A DNA stretch of 64,000 nucleotides from Octopus vulgaris (GCA_951406725.2 OX597818.1:21576001-21640000); one strand, 5' to 3'. Counted from the first letter of the stretch, positions 1 through 12,734 are shown. Notes: a model not told the origin generated them from the sequence alone. Translations and numbers: made by a program.

Positions 1-603
1 AAAAATTTTTGAAAATTGAACACAATTGAACACGTTTCTACTCTACCATACCACTCAAGATCAAACAGGCAAGCGGAACAGTTTGTGGATACATTTAAAA
101 GAGCATTAAAGAAAACAAGAAATGAACTAGTTGACGATGCAGCATTGACACAATTTTTGAGGGTTTATAGGATAACACCAAACCCAAACATTTGTTCAGG
201 CAAGTTGCCTGCAGAACTAATGTTTGCTAAAAAAAATAAAGTAAATTTTTGACAAGCTATTACCAGTAAGAAAAACAAATAGGGAAAACATTACAAATAT
301 GACAAAGTATTTTAATTTTGGTGATGAGGTGTTTTTCAAAATATATAAAAGTGGAAAAGAAGTTTGGGAAGGCAGAGTAACAAAAAAAAAAAAATGTATA
401 TGATAAAATGCAAAAAATGGGAACATAAAAAGACATTTAAACCAGTTAAAAAATAGATATACAGAAAAAAGATACCCATAGAAGTGCTCTATGACACCTT
501 TGATTTACCAATGCCACAAGAAGTCAAACCTAGGTGTAGGAGCACAAGAAAGAAGACATGAACAGAATGGTTGGAAGTAATGCCTAAGCAGAAGAAATAT
601 TAA
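1..603 (+). pseudogene. Degraded Ty3/Gypsy LTR-retrotransposon integrase (core C-terminus plus SH3-like tail), truncated by the window edge
   Basis: ORF 16-252 reads HVSTLPYHSRSNRQAEQFVDTFKRALKK...FLRVYRITPNP...PAELMF, matching the rve pattern PYHPQSNGQAER..TFK / FL..YRxTP / PAELMF. After frameshifts it continues FNFGDEVFFKIYKSGKEVWEG...KRHLNQLKNRY. Confidence 0.85.
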
Positions 604-708
604 AAACTTTCCTCCAAAGTAAATCTCCAAAAAAAAAATTAACTTTCAACATATGTCAATCTTAAAAGATACTCGAAAAATAAATAAATAAATAAAGCAT
701 TAGCTTCC

Positions 709-985
709 AATGGGGAAGATGTTGTGGTAAGAGTCATTGACACCTCTGTGGGATTAGAAGAATGGACTAGCCAAACTCTTATAAAGAGTAGTATATTGGT
801 TGAGATGAGAGAAGTTGTTGGAGTCGTTGAAAGTTCATGAAAGTCGTAAGAAGTTGCTGAGAGTTTGTATTTATTAGAGTATCATGTTTAGTGGAGTAAT
901 TTGAAGTACATCATGTGAAGACAGTTGTGTCTGTTCCTGCCTCGTGAAATCTGTATATCCAATGAATAGAAGGATATAAAAATAC
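709..985 (+). mobile_element. Polypurine tract and 3' LTR of the Gypsy element (right boundary approximate)
   Basis: AATGGGGAAGA (709-719) is followed directly by TGTTGTGG at 720, the canonical PPT-TG junction. TATA-like TATAAAG lies at ~780. The terminal CA was not determined. Confidence 0.6.
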
Positions 986-1426
986 CAGAGATAGATTAGC
1001 CTTGATTGAGTGGACCTGACCATAATTCTTCATTTGTTTTTAAATAGTAAATTAAATTTTCCAGAATGTCCTTCCTATTTTAAAGTGTTAAAATGTAACT
1101 TAAAAAGAATTTGGTTGCTCTTTCTAGCAAATCAAGCAACAACTATAAAACCATGCCTCAGTGCTTTTTATATGACACCATCACAAGTGCTTTTTATGTG
1201 ACACCATGTTAGTTGTATGCAGTGGTGTGAAGTTGAAATTTTCCATTTGATCTCACTGAGGTCAACTTTCACTTTTTAATTTATAATTTTTAGTTTTCTT
1301 TTCATTGAGAGTATGTTTGGTAGTTATATACTGTTAGCTCATAGGTCTTGAGTTCAAATATACTGTAGCATTTTATTGTGTATTTTAATGGTATAATTAA
1401 TTCCACTATGCTAAGTTCATCTAACT

Positions 1427-2515
1427 CAGTGGTTCTTAACTGGTGTCCATATAAGATTTCTGGGGTCTATTCAAGCAAAATAGTAACATGGGGATCCCAT
1501 TAGTATTTTAAGGGTCCATGAAAAATTTTGATTTAAATTTTTCACCCACCCTACCCCACTGAACCAAACTACATCTCTTCCTCACATTTCCTCTTTTTCA
1601 TGAATCATGTTTATCACTCTCTCCCCACTCATGCAGCCCAACCCTACCCTCCTTGCCCTCCCTGCCAACTGTATCATTGCTATCTTGTTGTACCACCTCT
1701 ATATACTCAGGTTTCACCAGTCACTGCATCCCCCTCCACCCTTTGCATTCATATGAACTTTCTACTCATGTATTCTGGGCAATGTTCTACTGTCCCATTT
1801 ATATTCTGATCCTTGTACCTTGAGAGTATACCTATCACCACCATCACTCTCTCTCTCACCCTTGCTCTCCCAATCTCTCTTGTTCTTACTCACCCTCTCT
1901 TTCTCTCTCTGACTGGGATAACCAGGTACCTCCTCTACAGCAAGACTCTTTCTGTCCCTCTGTCATACTCTAACCTCTCATCACTTGGCACAAAGCCACC
2001 TCCTCCAATACCAACATCCTTTCAAAGGAACTTTTGTCTCGCATGTTACTTGGAGACCTCACTGGTGCTGGTACCAAATAAAAAGCATTCAACTGTGAAA
2101 ACCGTGCCAAAACAGATTTCACTGGTACTAGTGCTATGTAAAGAGCACCCAGTCCACTCTGTAAAGTGGTTGGCATTAGGAAGGGCATCCAGCTGTCAAA
2201 ACCATGCCATAACAGACAGTGGAGCTCTGTGCTGTCTTCTGGATTGCCAACTCCTGTCAAATCTTGCAACCCATGCCAACATGTAAAGTAGACTTTCAAC
2301 GATCATAATGATCTTGTATGTATTCCAAGGTAGGTTTCTTTCCTAATATTTTACATAGTTCAAACTACACAACTTAATATGTGAAAAACAAATTAGGAAT
2401 TTTGAAAGAAGTATCTATAAAACTAGCTCTTAAACATTAAATGGCTATGGGGGTCCACTGGAATAAAATAATTATCAAAGGGGTACATAGATAAAAAAAT
2501 GGCTGAGAACCACTG
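1427..2515. mobile_element. Non-autonomous hAT (Charlie-like) DNA transposon carrying a nested insertion
   Basis: TIRs CAGTGGTTCTTAAC (1427-1440) and GCTGAGAACCACTG (2502-2515). Perfect 8-bp TSD ATCTAACT at 1419-1426 and 2516-2523. Confidence 0.88.
1541..2312 (+). mobile_element. Retroposed element with an RTE-type 3' tail, nested in the hAT element
   Basis: Pyrimidine-rich body, then GTGGTTGGCATTAGGAAGGGCATCCAGCTGT...CAACCCATGCCAACATG and a degenerate (ATG)n tail. The same tail occurs at 46140-46309 and, inverted, at 63108-63280. Confidence 0.7.
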
Positions 2516-3544
2516 ATCTAACTGTTCAGTAATAGATACCAGATAGAGAAAAGTTAGATAGACTTTGATGAAGTAGCATCCAGCCCATGAGAATTTTCTC
2601 TCCACTCTTAACACCATGAAACTAAGTATTATTCTTCATAACTTTTCATACCTTTAGAGACTAGTTTATATATTTTTTATATTTCTATATTACATTTACA
2701 CAATTCTCACACAAAGAGGACCATGGTATGTCAGTCATATTCTGTCTACTATAAATATATTAGGTTACACAGTAAACTTTCACCCCAATCCTTTAAATCC
2801 ATTATGGATCAAACTATATCATTCCTTTCAGTTTTGTGCTGTGAATGTTGTCTGAATTACTATACATACCACAAGTTTAGTTGACATTAAATACCACAAG
2901 TGATTTATTTTGAGGAGGTGGGAATTTGGCTGTCTTCTTTGTAGTTTAAATGACTTAGATATTTTCCTCCTTCCTTGGCTCAGCCGGGTGCAATTGAGTA
3001 TATATTATGGCAGGAGTATAGTAATTTCTGTTCCTTATAGCTTACACTACTCTCTTTCCTTGATGCTGATTTATATTTTTGTTTTAGCTTTTTGTTAAAA
3101 TATTTTAGTTCCCAAGAGTAATAGCAAAGATTTGTAATATATCTTCTGATATGGGCTAGCCCTTATGTTATTCATATTTCATTGTAGGGAGCTTGTAAGA
3201 AGCAGGAATAAACAGACTACGAATAATATGACTGTTATTTCTACTCAGGAACATTGGATAGATATATGATAATTCATTTCTCACAATGGTCCATTCTAGA
3301 ATAATTTATGTTTAATGAAATGTACTTGGTTCCCTTTTTGTATTTATTAAATACATTAGCTGTTAGGATTTTGTGATTACTATATCAAATCTTTATAAAG
3401 CATAAATAGAATGTCATGCTAGTAACAGAATCTTGCTTTACATTAGACTAATCCTTAGATAATGTTATTAAACGTCTTGGTCTCCACATATTACGCCCTG
3501 ACTGTAAAATCGTCTACTCAAGGCAAATTATTTTATCATTTGGC

Positions 3545-3900
3545 TCAGACATGGTTGTGTGGTTAAGAAGTTTGCTTTCCAACTACATAGTGTCTTTTAC
3601 TATAGCTTTGGGCCAACCTAAGCTTTGGGAATGGATTTGGTATATAAAAATTTAATGAAGCGTGTGTATGAATATTTGTATGTATACATGTGTGTGTGCT
3701 TGTACTTCCCCATTTTGACATTGCAATGATAGTTGTGAGTGAGTGTCACCATCATACAAGTAGTGTCCTTTTATTTCCAGTCTGTATAAACATGTCTGGG
3801 ACAAGTGAAAATATTTCAGCATCTTGACATAGAAAATCTATCTCAACAGATTCCTCCTGACCTTAAATTCCTTTTTTGCTGACATGCATGGAAAAGAGGA
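3545..3900 (+). mobile_element. SINE family B, degraded copy
   Basis: GGTTGTGTGGTTAAGAAGTTTGCTTTCCAAC...CTATAGCTTTGGGCCAACC..AAGCTTTGGGAATGGATTTGGTA followed by a (TG)-rich tract. Same family as 58270-58652. Confidence 0.65.
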
Positions 3901-4544
3901 TGCTGAAATACCTTGGTGATTACATTCTATTACATTCTGAATTTAGATACTGACCTGGGTTGATTTAACCTCTTATCCTTATAGATTCATAAAACTAGTG
4001 AAGTTGATTTTCTTGACTGTAGTTTTATCTTAGTCTTTATTTTAATACTTATAAAAAATATATCAACCATTGGGGTTTTTGTCTTAATCTGTATTCTAAT
4101 ACTTACATAAGCTACTGTCAAGCTGCCTTCATGTGGTGATTTCAGGTCCAAATTGAAACCATAATTTTTCTTTACTGTACTAATGTCTTTTAAAAAGACA
4201 TGATCCACACAGCATCCTGTTTACTATTGTCATCATTATCATTTAATGTCCATGCTAGCATGGGCTGGATCCTTTATAAATATTAGTTTACTTACGTCAT
4301 TGATGTTCTTGTAAACAACATACACATCATATAGTCTCAATATTTCCATCTCTCTTATAGATTTGAGGTCTTGAGGAAGTTTACAATATCATTATGAGCC
4401 TGAGAGCAGTTATATATTTAGAAGGTTGTAGGTAATAAATCTCTAAGGTTTCAAAATGATTTGTGCACTGCATAGCAATGTAATTTTCATATATCTGCAT
4501 GTTGATATTTATAGCTGTATAGTTTTCATGCATCTATCTTAATG

Positions 4545-4710
4545 ATCAAATAAGACTTCTGATCAAAGGTACTCCACCAATGGTTATCCTTAGTTATTTT
4601 TTCCTCCAGATATTACCTATCTAGGACAACATTATTCAATACATCTCCAAAGGAGATTTAGCTGCTATTTCTAGCAGATTGACTGACTATATAATTATTC
4701 TACACTGGCT
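4545..4710 (-). mobile_element. SINE-like family D; other copies at ~7285-7432, 19260-19450, 22985-23100, 32065-32270, 46900-47070, 61955-62150
   Basis: Recurrent motifs GATCAAAGGT..TCCAGC..TGACCATCC, TATCTAGGACxACATTATxCAAT and GGAGATTTxGCTGCTATTTCTAGCAG, found in both orientations. Several copies end in an (AAC)n-like tail. Confidence 0.65.
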
Positions 4711-5434
4711 GTATCTGTCTAATAAATCTTCGATTTTTTTTTAAACATTTATAAAAAAAACATTTTTTAACAACAAATAGAGATAGGTGAAATATGTTCT
4801 GCATAGTCCATTTTCAGTGACTGAGACCAGAAGAAGAAAAAGAATGAAAGAAAGAAAAGAAAAGAAAATAATGTTAGGATTTGTAATCTTAAAAGTTTGT
4901 ATTTGTGATTGGGGCGCTTTGCTTTTAGCCCTTGTTATTTTCCATTTCTAAAATTTAAAATTTATCAAAGAATTCAGCTGCCTTATTAGAAAGACTGTAC
5001 TCTAACCAGATGGATCTTTCTGCTTTGGAAAACTTTCTGCTCGGAAGTTTTTGTTAGAGCTTTCTTTTAGGGATCCATTCAGTTTCATGAAGATTATTAA
5101 ATGTTGATGATTGTTAAAATGCTTTGATTACTTCTAATGTATGATTGAGAAGTGGGCAAAGGTACTTAATCTCCAAGGGGATGGTATTTGTTCTTGAAGA
5201 CAATAGAAAATGTCAGCATCAATGTTGGGCTGACAATATGAGGAGAATGTAATGTAACAAGCAAATTACTGTTGACTGAATCAGTAATGTCCAACCAATC
5301 ATTGTACTGAAGGACAATGCACAGAAAAATAACCAGTTGTAGTTTGAACCAGCCATGGTTTATTACCACAGGCATTCCAGCCATGGCCATTTTTTTTGTG
5401 GGATATAGTATATCAAGGAGTACATTATCTAGTG

Positions 5435-5801
5435 TACTGTTTCTCAACCTTTTTTCTCTTGCATAGCCATTAAAATAAATTACGTCTCAAGAAACCATGT
5501 ACAAAAAAAAAAAATTATATACCATATCTTTCTCTTATTTTCTCATCGTAGTTCACATGGGAAATATCACACATATATATATATATAGGGTGTCCATAAA
5601 TTATGGACATCACTCAATATACCCCCAATGGTTGTTATATTTTTTGATAACATAATAGGTTAGATAGGATGATGTCTATATTACAATATTACAATAAGCA
5701 ATAATATGTTGTGCATGTATAGGAATATTACAATCATGAAATTAGCATTAATCTTTCTTATGGAACCCTAGGGTTCCGGGAACTCTGGTTGAGAAATGCT
5801 T
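5435..5801. mobile_element. hAT-type MITE
   Basis: Degenerate TIRs TACTGTTTCTCAACC and GGTTGAGAAATGCTT. Perfect 8-bp TSD ATCTAGTG at 5427-5434 and 5802-5809. Confidence 0.82.
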
Positions 5802-6479
5802 ATCTAGTGAACCCTCTCTTTTTTTTTCTTTAAGGGGTAATTTGGCTTTATTTCTTGTAGGCCAATCTTAAAACTGTTCTCTTGGTGTCTGAAATATACA
5901 GCAATAACATTCATATTTCCTTAGGGCTCAAATGTGCAGCAGTATCCTACAAGCTCATACATGGATTCATTATTATCTGATATATATATTAGTGTAAAAC
6001 CTCTACTTGAGAAATCTTATTGAAATATCTTGAAGTTTCTTTCACAAAGCCAGGAAACACTCCAGTTCTGAATAGTTGCTAACCTTATCCCTTTGTGTAA
6101 CCTTAAGAGTCCATCTGCTGGCACTTCAGTTTCTTCAATTGTCTAGCAGAGAAGGATCTAATTGTTCTCTTGATAGAAAACCAATCTGTATACAAGTTAC
6201 ATTCTTAAAGGTTCGCTATTTCTTCCTGACACCTTGGTGAACTGAGGCATGTAGAATAAAGTGTCCTGTACATAGTTGCCGCAGAACTTCTGAAATGTAT
6301 TTCAACTTACTGAACATGAATTTTGTACCTTCATGCCATATCTAATTCAATGTTTCATTCTATGTAATGTTAAAATATTCTCTTCAGTGGAATACTTTTG
6401 ACATAACTTGAGTGTGGCACCCATCTATTTTCTTTCTTCATTCGCTATTTTACACATCCACTTTTCCAGATTAATCTTC

Positions 6480-6900
6480 TCACACTTTCATTCTCTCTTT
6501 CTCTAATACATTAACTCACTTGAACACACACACTCTCTCTCACTCACTCACTCAATCCCTCAGTCTGTCTCTATTTTTGTTATACATAGATCCATGCACA
6601 CATACATGTGCAAGCTTCCTTTCCCCCCCCCCCCTCACACTTTCTCTCTCACATGTGCACACACACTTTCTTTCTGAGTCACTCTTCATCTTCTCACACA
6701 TTCTCTTTCATACATACACGTACTCTCTCTCTCATGTGCACTCTCTTACATACACACACACACTCTCTCTCTCACATGCATCTTCTCTCACACATACACT
6801 TTCTCCCACAAATACACCGTTTCTCTCTCATACATCCACTATCTTTTTTGCATATTTTCTCTCTCTCTCTCTCTCTTATTCACTTACCTCTCACTTCATC
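6480..6900. repeat. Degenerate (CT)/(CA) low-complexity tract
   Basis: Interleaved CT and CA runs. These explain the His/Ser/Leu/Thr-rich ORFs 6520-6954 and 6608-6922. Confidence 0.85.
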
Positions 6901-7656
6901 TCCAAACAAATTGTTTGTTTGATAAGCAAGCAAACAGTCAATCACCAACATTGATGCCATCAGTCCAGTGTTAAGCAGTATTCACCCCACCATGCTCCTC
7001 CTGTTTCATTATCTACCCCATCTCTTCTATTATCATTCCTATAGCATTAACTATCTCATCCACACCATCATCCCTGGTATATATCGAATACTTCTCCTCC
7101 AGAACTACAATCTTCTGAAATTTTCTTCTCTGCTTTTGTTTCATTTTCCAATATTAACTGCAACAATCCAACAGAACTATAAAAGTTGTGTGTGGGAGGA
7201 TGTAAAGAGGTTGTAAGCACTGACCTTTTTAATTCAAACTAATGGAAAGCAACAATAACAACAGCAAAACAACACTTGCAAATCTTTTCGTTGTTCAGCT
7301 CAGGTCAACTCTGAGTGTTCCAGCTGTGACCATCCTGTATTTTTTCAGACATAGTCCATCTGGCATGTCATTATCCAATGTGGTCTTCTTTTTTTAAGAT
7401 ACTAGTGTGTATGTTGAGATTTTTGCTGCTGTCTGCTTTCTTGTAATGGTATAAGTATTAAATTTAAAATACATGTTTAAAAAAAGAATAAATCACTGTA
7501 TTAATTACTCAGAGACACCAGCCATATGAAAGACAATAAGTTATGTTAGTGTTAACATATTTAATGTAGTGACCACCAAGAATAATTTAGAAATAATTGT
7601 TGAGGAAAAGAAATAACTAATATTAATGTAGTCATTTTGTCAGATGTAGGAGACAA

Positions 7657-7697
7657 CTCTGGACATGTTTCAATCTTATATGATCTCTTCAGCAAAA
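7657..7697 (-). ncRNA. Minimal type I hammerhead ribozyme (Penelope-associated type)
   Basis: Minus strand reads UUUUG-CUGAAGA-GAUC(AUAUAA)GAUU-GAAA-C(AU)G-UC-CAGAG. It has the full CUGANGA/GAAA/UH core, a 4-bp stem II, a palindromic stem III ACAUGU and a 5-bp stem I with two G-U pairs. Confidence 0.72.
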
Positions 7698-7869
7698 AAT
7701 AAAGCATATCTAGAAGAATTAAATCTAGAAGAATTAAAGTTTATTGCTCAGATGCTATTTGCTAGAAAAACAGCAGTGAAGTAAATGTTAACACGTCAAC
7801 TCTAAGATACAATGTTTCTACTACATCTGTTTTTTTTTCTGCATTACCAACTTCCTTGTCTGTTGTAGT

Positions 7870-8700
7870 AGCTTCTCCAACATAGATAATACCACTCTTT
7901 ATTCATCTCTAACCTTCTGCACCTAAGTGCTCTCCATATGCAACCTAAATACTTCACATCAAAGGTGCATTGAGTACATGACCATAAACCCCCAAAACAC
8001 CCTCCAATAGGATATTTCCAATTTTGTCACCATAAATAGTACAGTCATAATCAATGTACATATAAAGAAACCACTATTACCCGTCCTAAAGTATGAACAG
8101 TGTACAGCTAGAAACCTCAGGGGTTCAGCAACACTCAGGACCTCTCCTGGTAAACAGACATATTCAACATAACTGCATTGTATCAAAGATTGCATCACAA
8201 GGCCAATATGTAATTCAGTAACTACTAATGCTTTACAGAGCTCAAATGAAACCTACAATGAAGTATTCTCACATATGAGATAGGATTGTTGTTAGACATA
8301 TAGATATTCTGGAAGGTGCTCAGAGAAAGGTCACCCAGCTGATTAGAATAAAGTTGTTCACCAATGTACTTCAGTGGTTGGTTCTCAAACATGTCTCCTC
8401 TTTCTACTTCATGTATTGCAACTACAGTGGACTTTACAATTTGTAACTGGCTGCTCTCAAGCTATTTCCACTCAGGCACTTCCAGCTTACTTGTCTCTCT
8501 TCTTGTTACTCATATTGCTTTCCTCTTGTTACTCATATTTCTTCTCTCTTCTTGTTACTCATAATACTTTTCTCTTCATTCCAAGCCACCATACTAAGCA
8601 CTATGTCCAGTCATTTACCAAGAACATTACTCCTCTGGGATTTCCTCTTTGCACATGTTTTTCTTGCCATTGTCAACTTGTAACTGTTCAAGAGGAACGT
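7870..8700 (+). mobile_element. Degraded CR1/L2-group LINE ORF2 3' portion
   Basis: Broken frames give DNTTLYSSLTF (DDTTLY-like), LMLYRAQMKPTMKYSHI, HIDILEGAQRKVTQLIR and a YxxSF.PRT..LW-like end. Confidence 0.65.
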
Positions 8701-8879
8701 TAACCATGATAATCTCATAGGTTTTAAAGGACCTATGTTGGCCATGGATACGGATTTCTTACACCAGTCCATTAAAAAAACAGAAAATTACACCTCACCT
8801 CCATAAATCTATAAATATATCTATTAATAATTTTTTAAACTTTTTCTACTAATTTTTTTTTACTAATTATTATTGCTAG

Positions 8880-9000
8880 AGTAATTGGTTGCAGAATTGG
8901 TAAAGCACTGGACAAAATGTCTTGCTGTATTGAGTTATGTCTCTTAATATTCTGAGTTCAAATCTTGCCAGTGCTGACTCTGCCTTTCAGTTTTTTTCAA
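8880..9000 (+). mobile_element. SINE family A, 5' part
   Basis: GTTGCAGAATTGGTAAAGCACTGGACAAAATG...TTCTGAGTTCAAATCTTGCC..GACTCTGCCTTTC matches the reference copy at 29236. Confidence 0.65.
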
Positions 9001-9209
9001 AATAAAAATACACCCCTTCAAATTTATGTTTTTTTTGGAAATTATCACCAGTATTGTTGGTGTTATTATTTCTAGCATTAGTGACACAAATTACAATAAC
9101 AGTTTTTTTTAGGGGAGGTACTAGTTAATTAAACCAAACTCAACATTTATTTATATTACAATTAGCGAACAATAGCATTATTTGTTACAGGTTTGCAACA
9201 TAAAAATTG

Positions 9210-9365
9210 CTGGTTCACTGACTGGTACTGTATTTTATTGACTCTTGGAAAATGGAAGGCAAAGTTGACCTTGGCTGGATTTCAACTATGTATGTGAATT
9301 TCAACGCTAAATGTAAATACCAGAAAGTATTTTATCCAAAGGTGTAATGATTTTACCAGTCTTGT
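9210..9365 (-). mobile_element. SINE family A, degraded
   Basis: ACTGGTACT..TTTTATTGAC...GGAAGGCAAAGTTGACCTTGGC.GGATTTCAACT is the reverse complement of the family A core. Confidence 0.6.
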
Positions 9366-10063
9366 GTTATTTTTATTAATATTTGTGTTGTAGAATAGCA
9401 GAAACTAGATAAACTATGATGTTTAAATATCTGTTCCACATTACAAAAGTGTGATTATAGGAAACAAAAAACAAAAAGAAAGAAAAAAATGCCACAATTA
9501 TAATTTCCTAAATAAGCAAACTAAATTTCTGTGCCTGTATGATATACATACTCACATGCTAGGAAAAAAAATCTAGTTTTGGATGTATTGTTGATAATAT
9601 TATTATCATCGTATAATGATGATGATGTTGATGATAATATTATCATCACCATGATCTGCTGGTGATAAAAATATTATTTTTATCATCATGTTGATGATGA
9701 ATATGAGCAGGAAACAAAAATTTTGCAATGAGGCCCCAAAAAGAGTGTAGTTGTGTTTTGCATATATAATGTACACCCACTAACTCCCTATTTTCCCACT
9801 CTTTCTTTCTCTGTTTTTTTTTGTCTGTCTTTCTCTCTTTTACACATGCATACACATATGCTCACACATGCTCTCTCTATCTCTCTTTCTCTCAGATACA
9901 CACTCTTGCATGTGTATATATGTATATGATGATGATGATGATGATATAAACCATAAAAAATCAGGAGGTATGAGAGGTTAATATACTTTTTTAGCTGCTT
10001 TTCATCCTTAGGATTACAACCATTTCACAGCCTTTTTCATGTAATAATAATAATAGTAATAAT

Positions 10064-10279
10064 AATGGTTTCAAATTTTGCTACAAGGGCAGCCATTTTG
10101 TGGGAGGAGATAAGTCGATTACATCGATCCCAGTGTTTCATTGGTACTTAATTCATTGACCCTGAATGGATGAAAAGCAAAGTCAACCTTGGCTGAATTT
10201 GAACTCAGAAAGTAGAGATGGGTGAAATACTGCTAAGCATTTCATCCAGCATGCTGACGATCTTGCCAGTTTGCTGCCA
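10064..10279 (-). mobile_element. SINE family A, full length, flanked by (AAT)n
   Basis: GGATGAAAAGCAAAGTCAACCTTGGCTGAATTTGAACTCAGAA...GCTAAGCATTT...GCCAGTTTGCTGCC. Confidence 0.85.
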
Positions 10280-10299
10280 ATAATAATAATAATAATGAT

Positions 10300-11152
10300 G
10301 AAAAAAAATGGCATTGGAGGGGCAATACATACACTGCGTGCAGATAAATTTTTTTTCCAAATTATAGTGTGGCTTACAATGCATTGCTTACCCATGCTTT
10401 TTAATTGAATTGAATTAAACTTTGTAAGTGTTTGACTAAACTTGCTTATTGGCAAATTTGTAAGTTTGATTTTTAAAAAAAATTTTCTTTTTTTCAAGTA
10501 TCACCATTTTAGGTGAAATTAAGACATGAACTTGTAAATAAACAGATTCCTCGAATCCATCACTGTACATGCACACACACACACATACACACATATACAG
10601 TTGCATATGTATGTATGTATCTGCATGTGTCTACGTGCATAGGTACACTATGATGAATATAGAAGCTGATAAGAGTCAATTCATATGAAAAAGAAAGTGA
10701 ACAAAATGAAATACTTATAAAAAATATTGCATAGAATTTGAGAAGTGTTTTGAACATCTTTTAATGATGGCAGGTGAATCAAATGTACTGTAATTCAATG
10801 TAGGATATAAATGATATGACCACTTGCTTATTGGGAAATTTGTAGGTTCGATTTAAAAAAAAAATTTTTTTATACTCTGGGGAAATTAAGAAATCAACTC
10901 GTAAATAAATAAAACCCTTGCATCCATCCCTATGCACACACACACACAGTCACATATGTATATATGTATTTATGTATGTTTGAAGATAATCAAACCAAAT
11001 TTTCATCATTTTGAGACCCTCACCCAATGTGTATTTCTGTCAAATTTGGTGAAAATCTGTGCAGCCATTTTCCAGTAATCTTGTGAACACACAGACAAGC
11101 AAAGATGAGTGATTACAATACCCTGCTTTTGCTTACGCACAGAGGGTAATAA
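10300..11152. mobile_element. Probable non-autonomous Helentron-type (HINE/DINE-1-like) element with an internal direct repeat
   Basis: Right end CAAATTTGGTGAAAATC...ACACACAGACAAGC...CAATACCCT..hairpin..AGGGTAAT. Internal degenerate duplication 10441-10620 vs 10823-10980, each copy ending in (CA)n/(TATG)n. Confidence 0.5.
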
Positions 11153-11377
11153 TACATCTATATATATGTATATATATAATAATACATATGTATAATACAT
11201 ACATATATGTGTGTGTGTGTATGAATATATCATAGATTTTGCTGTGTGGTTGAGAAGTGTGCTTCCTAACTTATGGTTTTGACTAAATCCTTTCAGTTCC
11301 TCTCTACCAAATCCACAAGGCTTTGGTTGGTTTTGGGCTTAAGTAGAAGAATATAATTTATATATATATATATAATG

Positions 11378-11845
11378 ATGAAGCTAAGTTTCATCCATGG
11401 TGACTAAATGAGCCATAAAATCAGCCTCTCCTGCTGCAAACCGAACCAAAATTGTCTTTGATGTCATCACTGTGATGCACTTCTGATATGCATTCAAGCA
11501 TTTCGGCACCCACTTTGTGGAAAGCTTTCTCATGTCCAGAATGTTTGTGGAATGAAGTGGCCGACTCTTTTGCAGAAAATCTCCAGAGTCTGAGCTATGA
11601 CTTTAGCTGAAATTCAGTGGTCCTTGAGAATCATAATGTGGACAGTGTTGGCTTTGTTTTCTGTGGTCGTGGAAGTTGGTTATCCTGATCAGGGTTCATC
11701 TGTGACCTTGAAATGACCAGTCTGAAACTTTGACACCCAGATTTTCACAGTGGAGTAAGATGGGGAGCCATCCTTCAAGACTTCCTTCATCTTGCTATGG
11801 ATTTCTGCTGCTCCTTTGCCTTGCAAAAAGAGGAAGTTCCTGACT
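11378..11845 (-). pseudogene. Mariner transposase remnant (HTH to first catalytic Asp)
   Basis: Minus strand: FLFLQGKGAAEIHSKMKEVLKDGSPSYSTVKIWVSKFQTGHFKVTDEP*SG*P..., KWVPKCLNAYQK (WVP motif) and HLVTMDET (VTGDET-like), with stops and frameshifts. Confidence 0.85.
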
Positions 11846-12734
11846 GCTCATGCTTCAGTAACAGACAAGGTATTGCATGTATATATATGTAAAGATGTAT
11901 TAAATTTCAAATTACCAATCAAGAAAAGAATAAACAAGATTAAAATAACTTTGAAAAGGATCTGGACCTATATTACTAGAGTATTAGAAATGTGTTACCA
12001 ATAAAAATATTCCTATTGCTGATTATGTTATACAGCTGTTGCCTCACAACTACCATATCAACATTAATGAGAAAGTCTGTTGATATTTTTTATATAGGTT
12101 ATATCTATATTTCAAACAGTAAATCACTGATCATCGTTAGATATATTTATGCTTAAATTTCATGCTAAAATAACTTTAGTTAGGAGTAAATACTTGAGAT
12201 TATATTTGTAACATATGATTTCAATGCTTTTGGTCATTTTATGAAATTTTGCAATTTTATAGTTTATTGAATGCATATAATTCTATTGTGAATAGTTGCA
12301 AACATCGAGACTAAAACACTTGAAATGAACTAATGACTTATAAGATTAAAAAGTAAGTCAAGTGGACAGAAGACGGGTTATTCAGTTGTACAATATCTAT
12401 GTATGAGATTTATAGACGGTCAGAATTCATAATTGATATAGTAACCAATTTGAAGCTTGGTTTAATTCTCAACAAGCCTATTCATTGTTTTTAACTTTGA
12501 CTTAAGTTATTAAAGAACTAATTGGAGATGATTTTTTATTCTACAATTGCTTTTGATAAAATTAGATTTTAATCTACTGATATTTTGATGGTGATGATAG
12601 TGAGAGGAGTGCTATTAATCCAATCTTGTTTTATTAGTTCTTGAAGGATGGGTGGCACAGTTGATTGCAATGGTATTTGAACACTGAATGTAAATACTTT
12701 TAACTTCCTATATGCTAAATGATATTTGTTAATT

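Noticed and set aside
1813-2286. Longest ORF in the track (157 aa)
   Set aside because: Low-complexity pyrimidine-rich repeat sequence running into a retroposon tail, with no recognisable domain.
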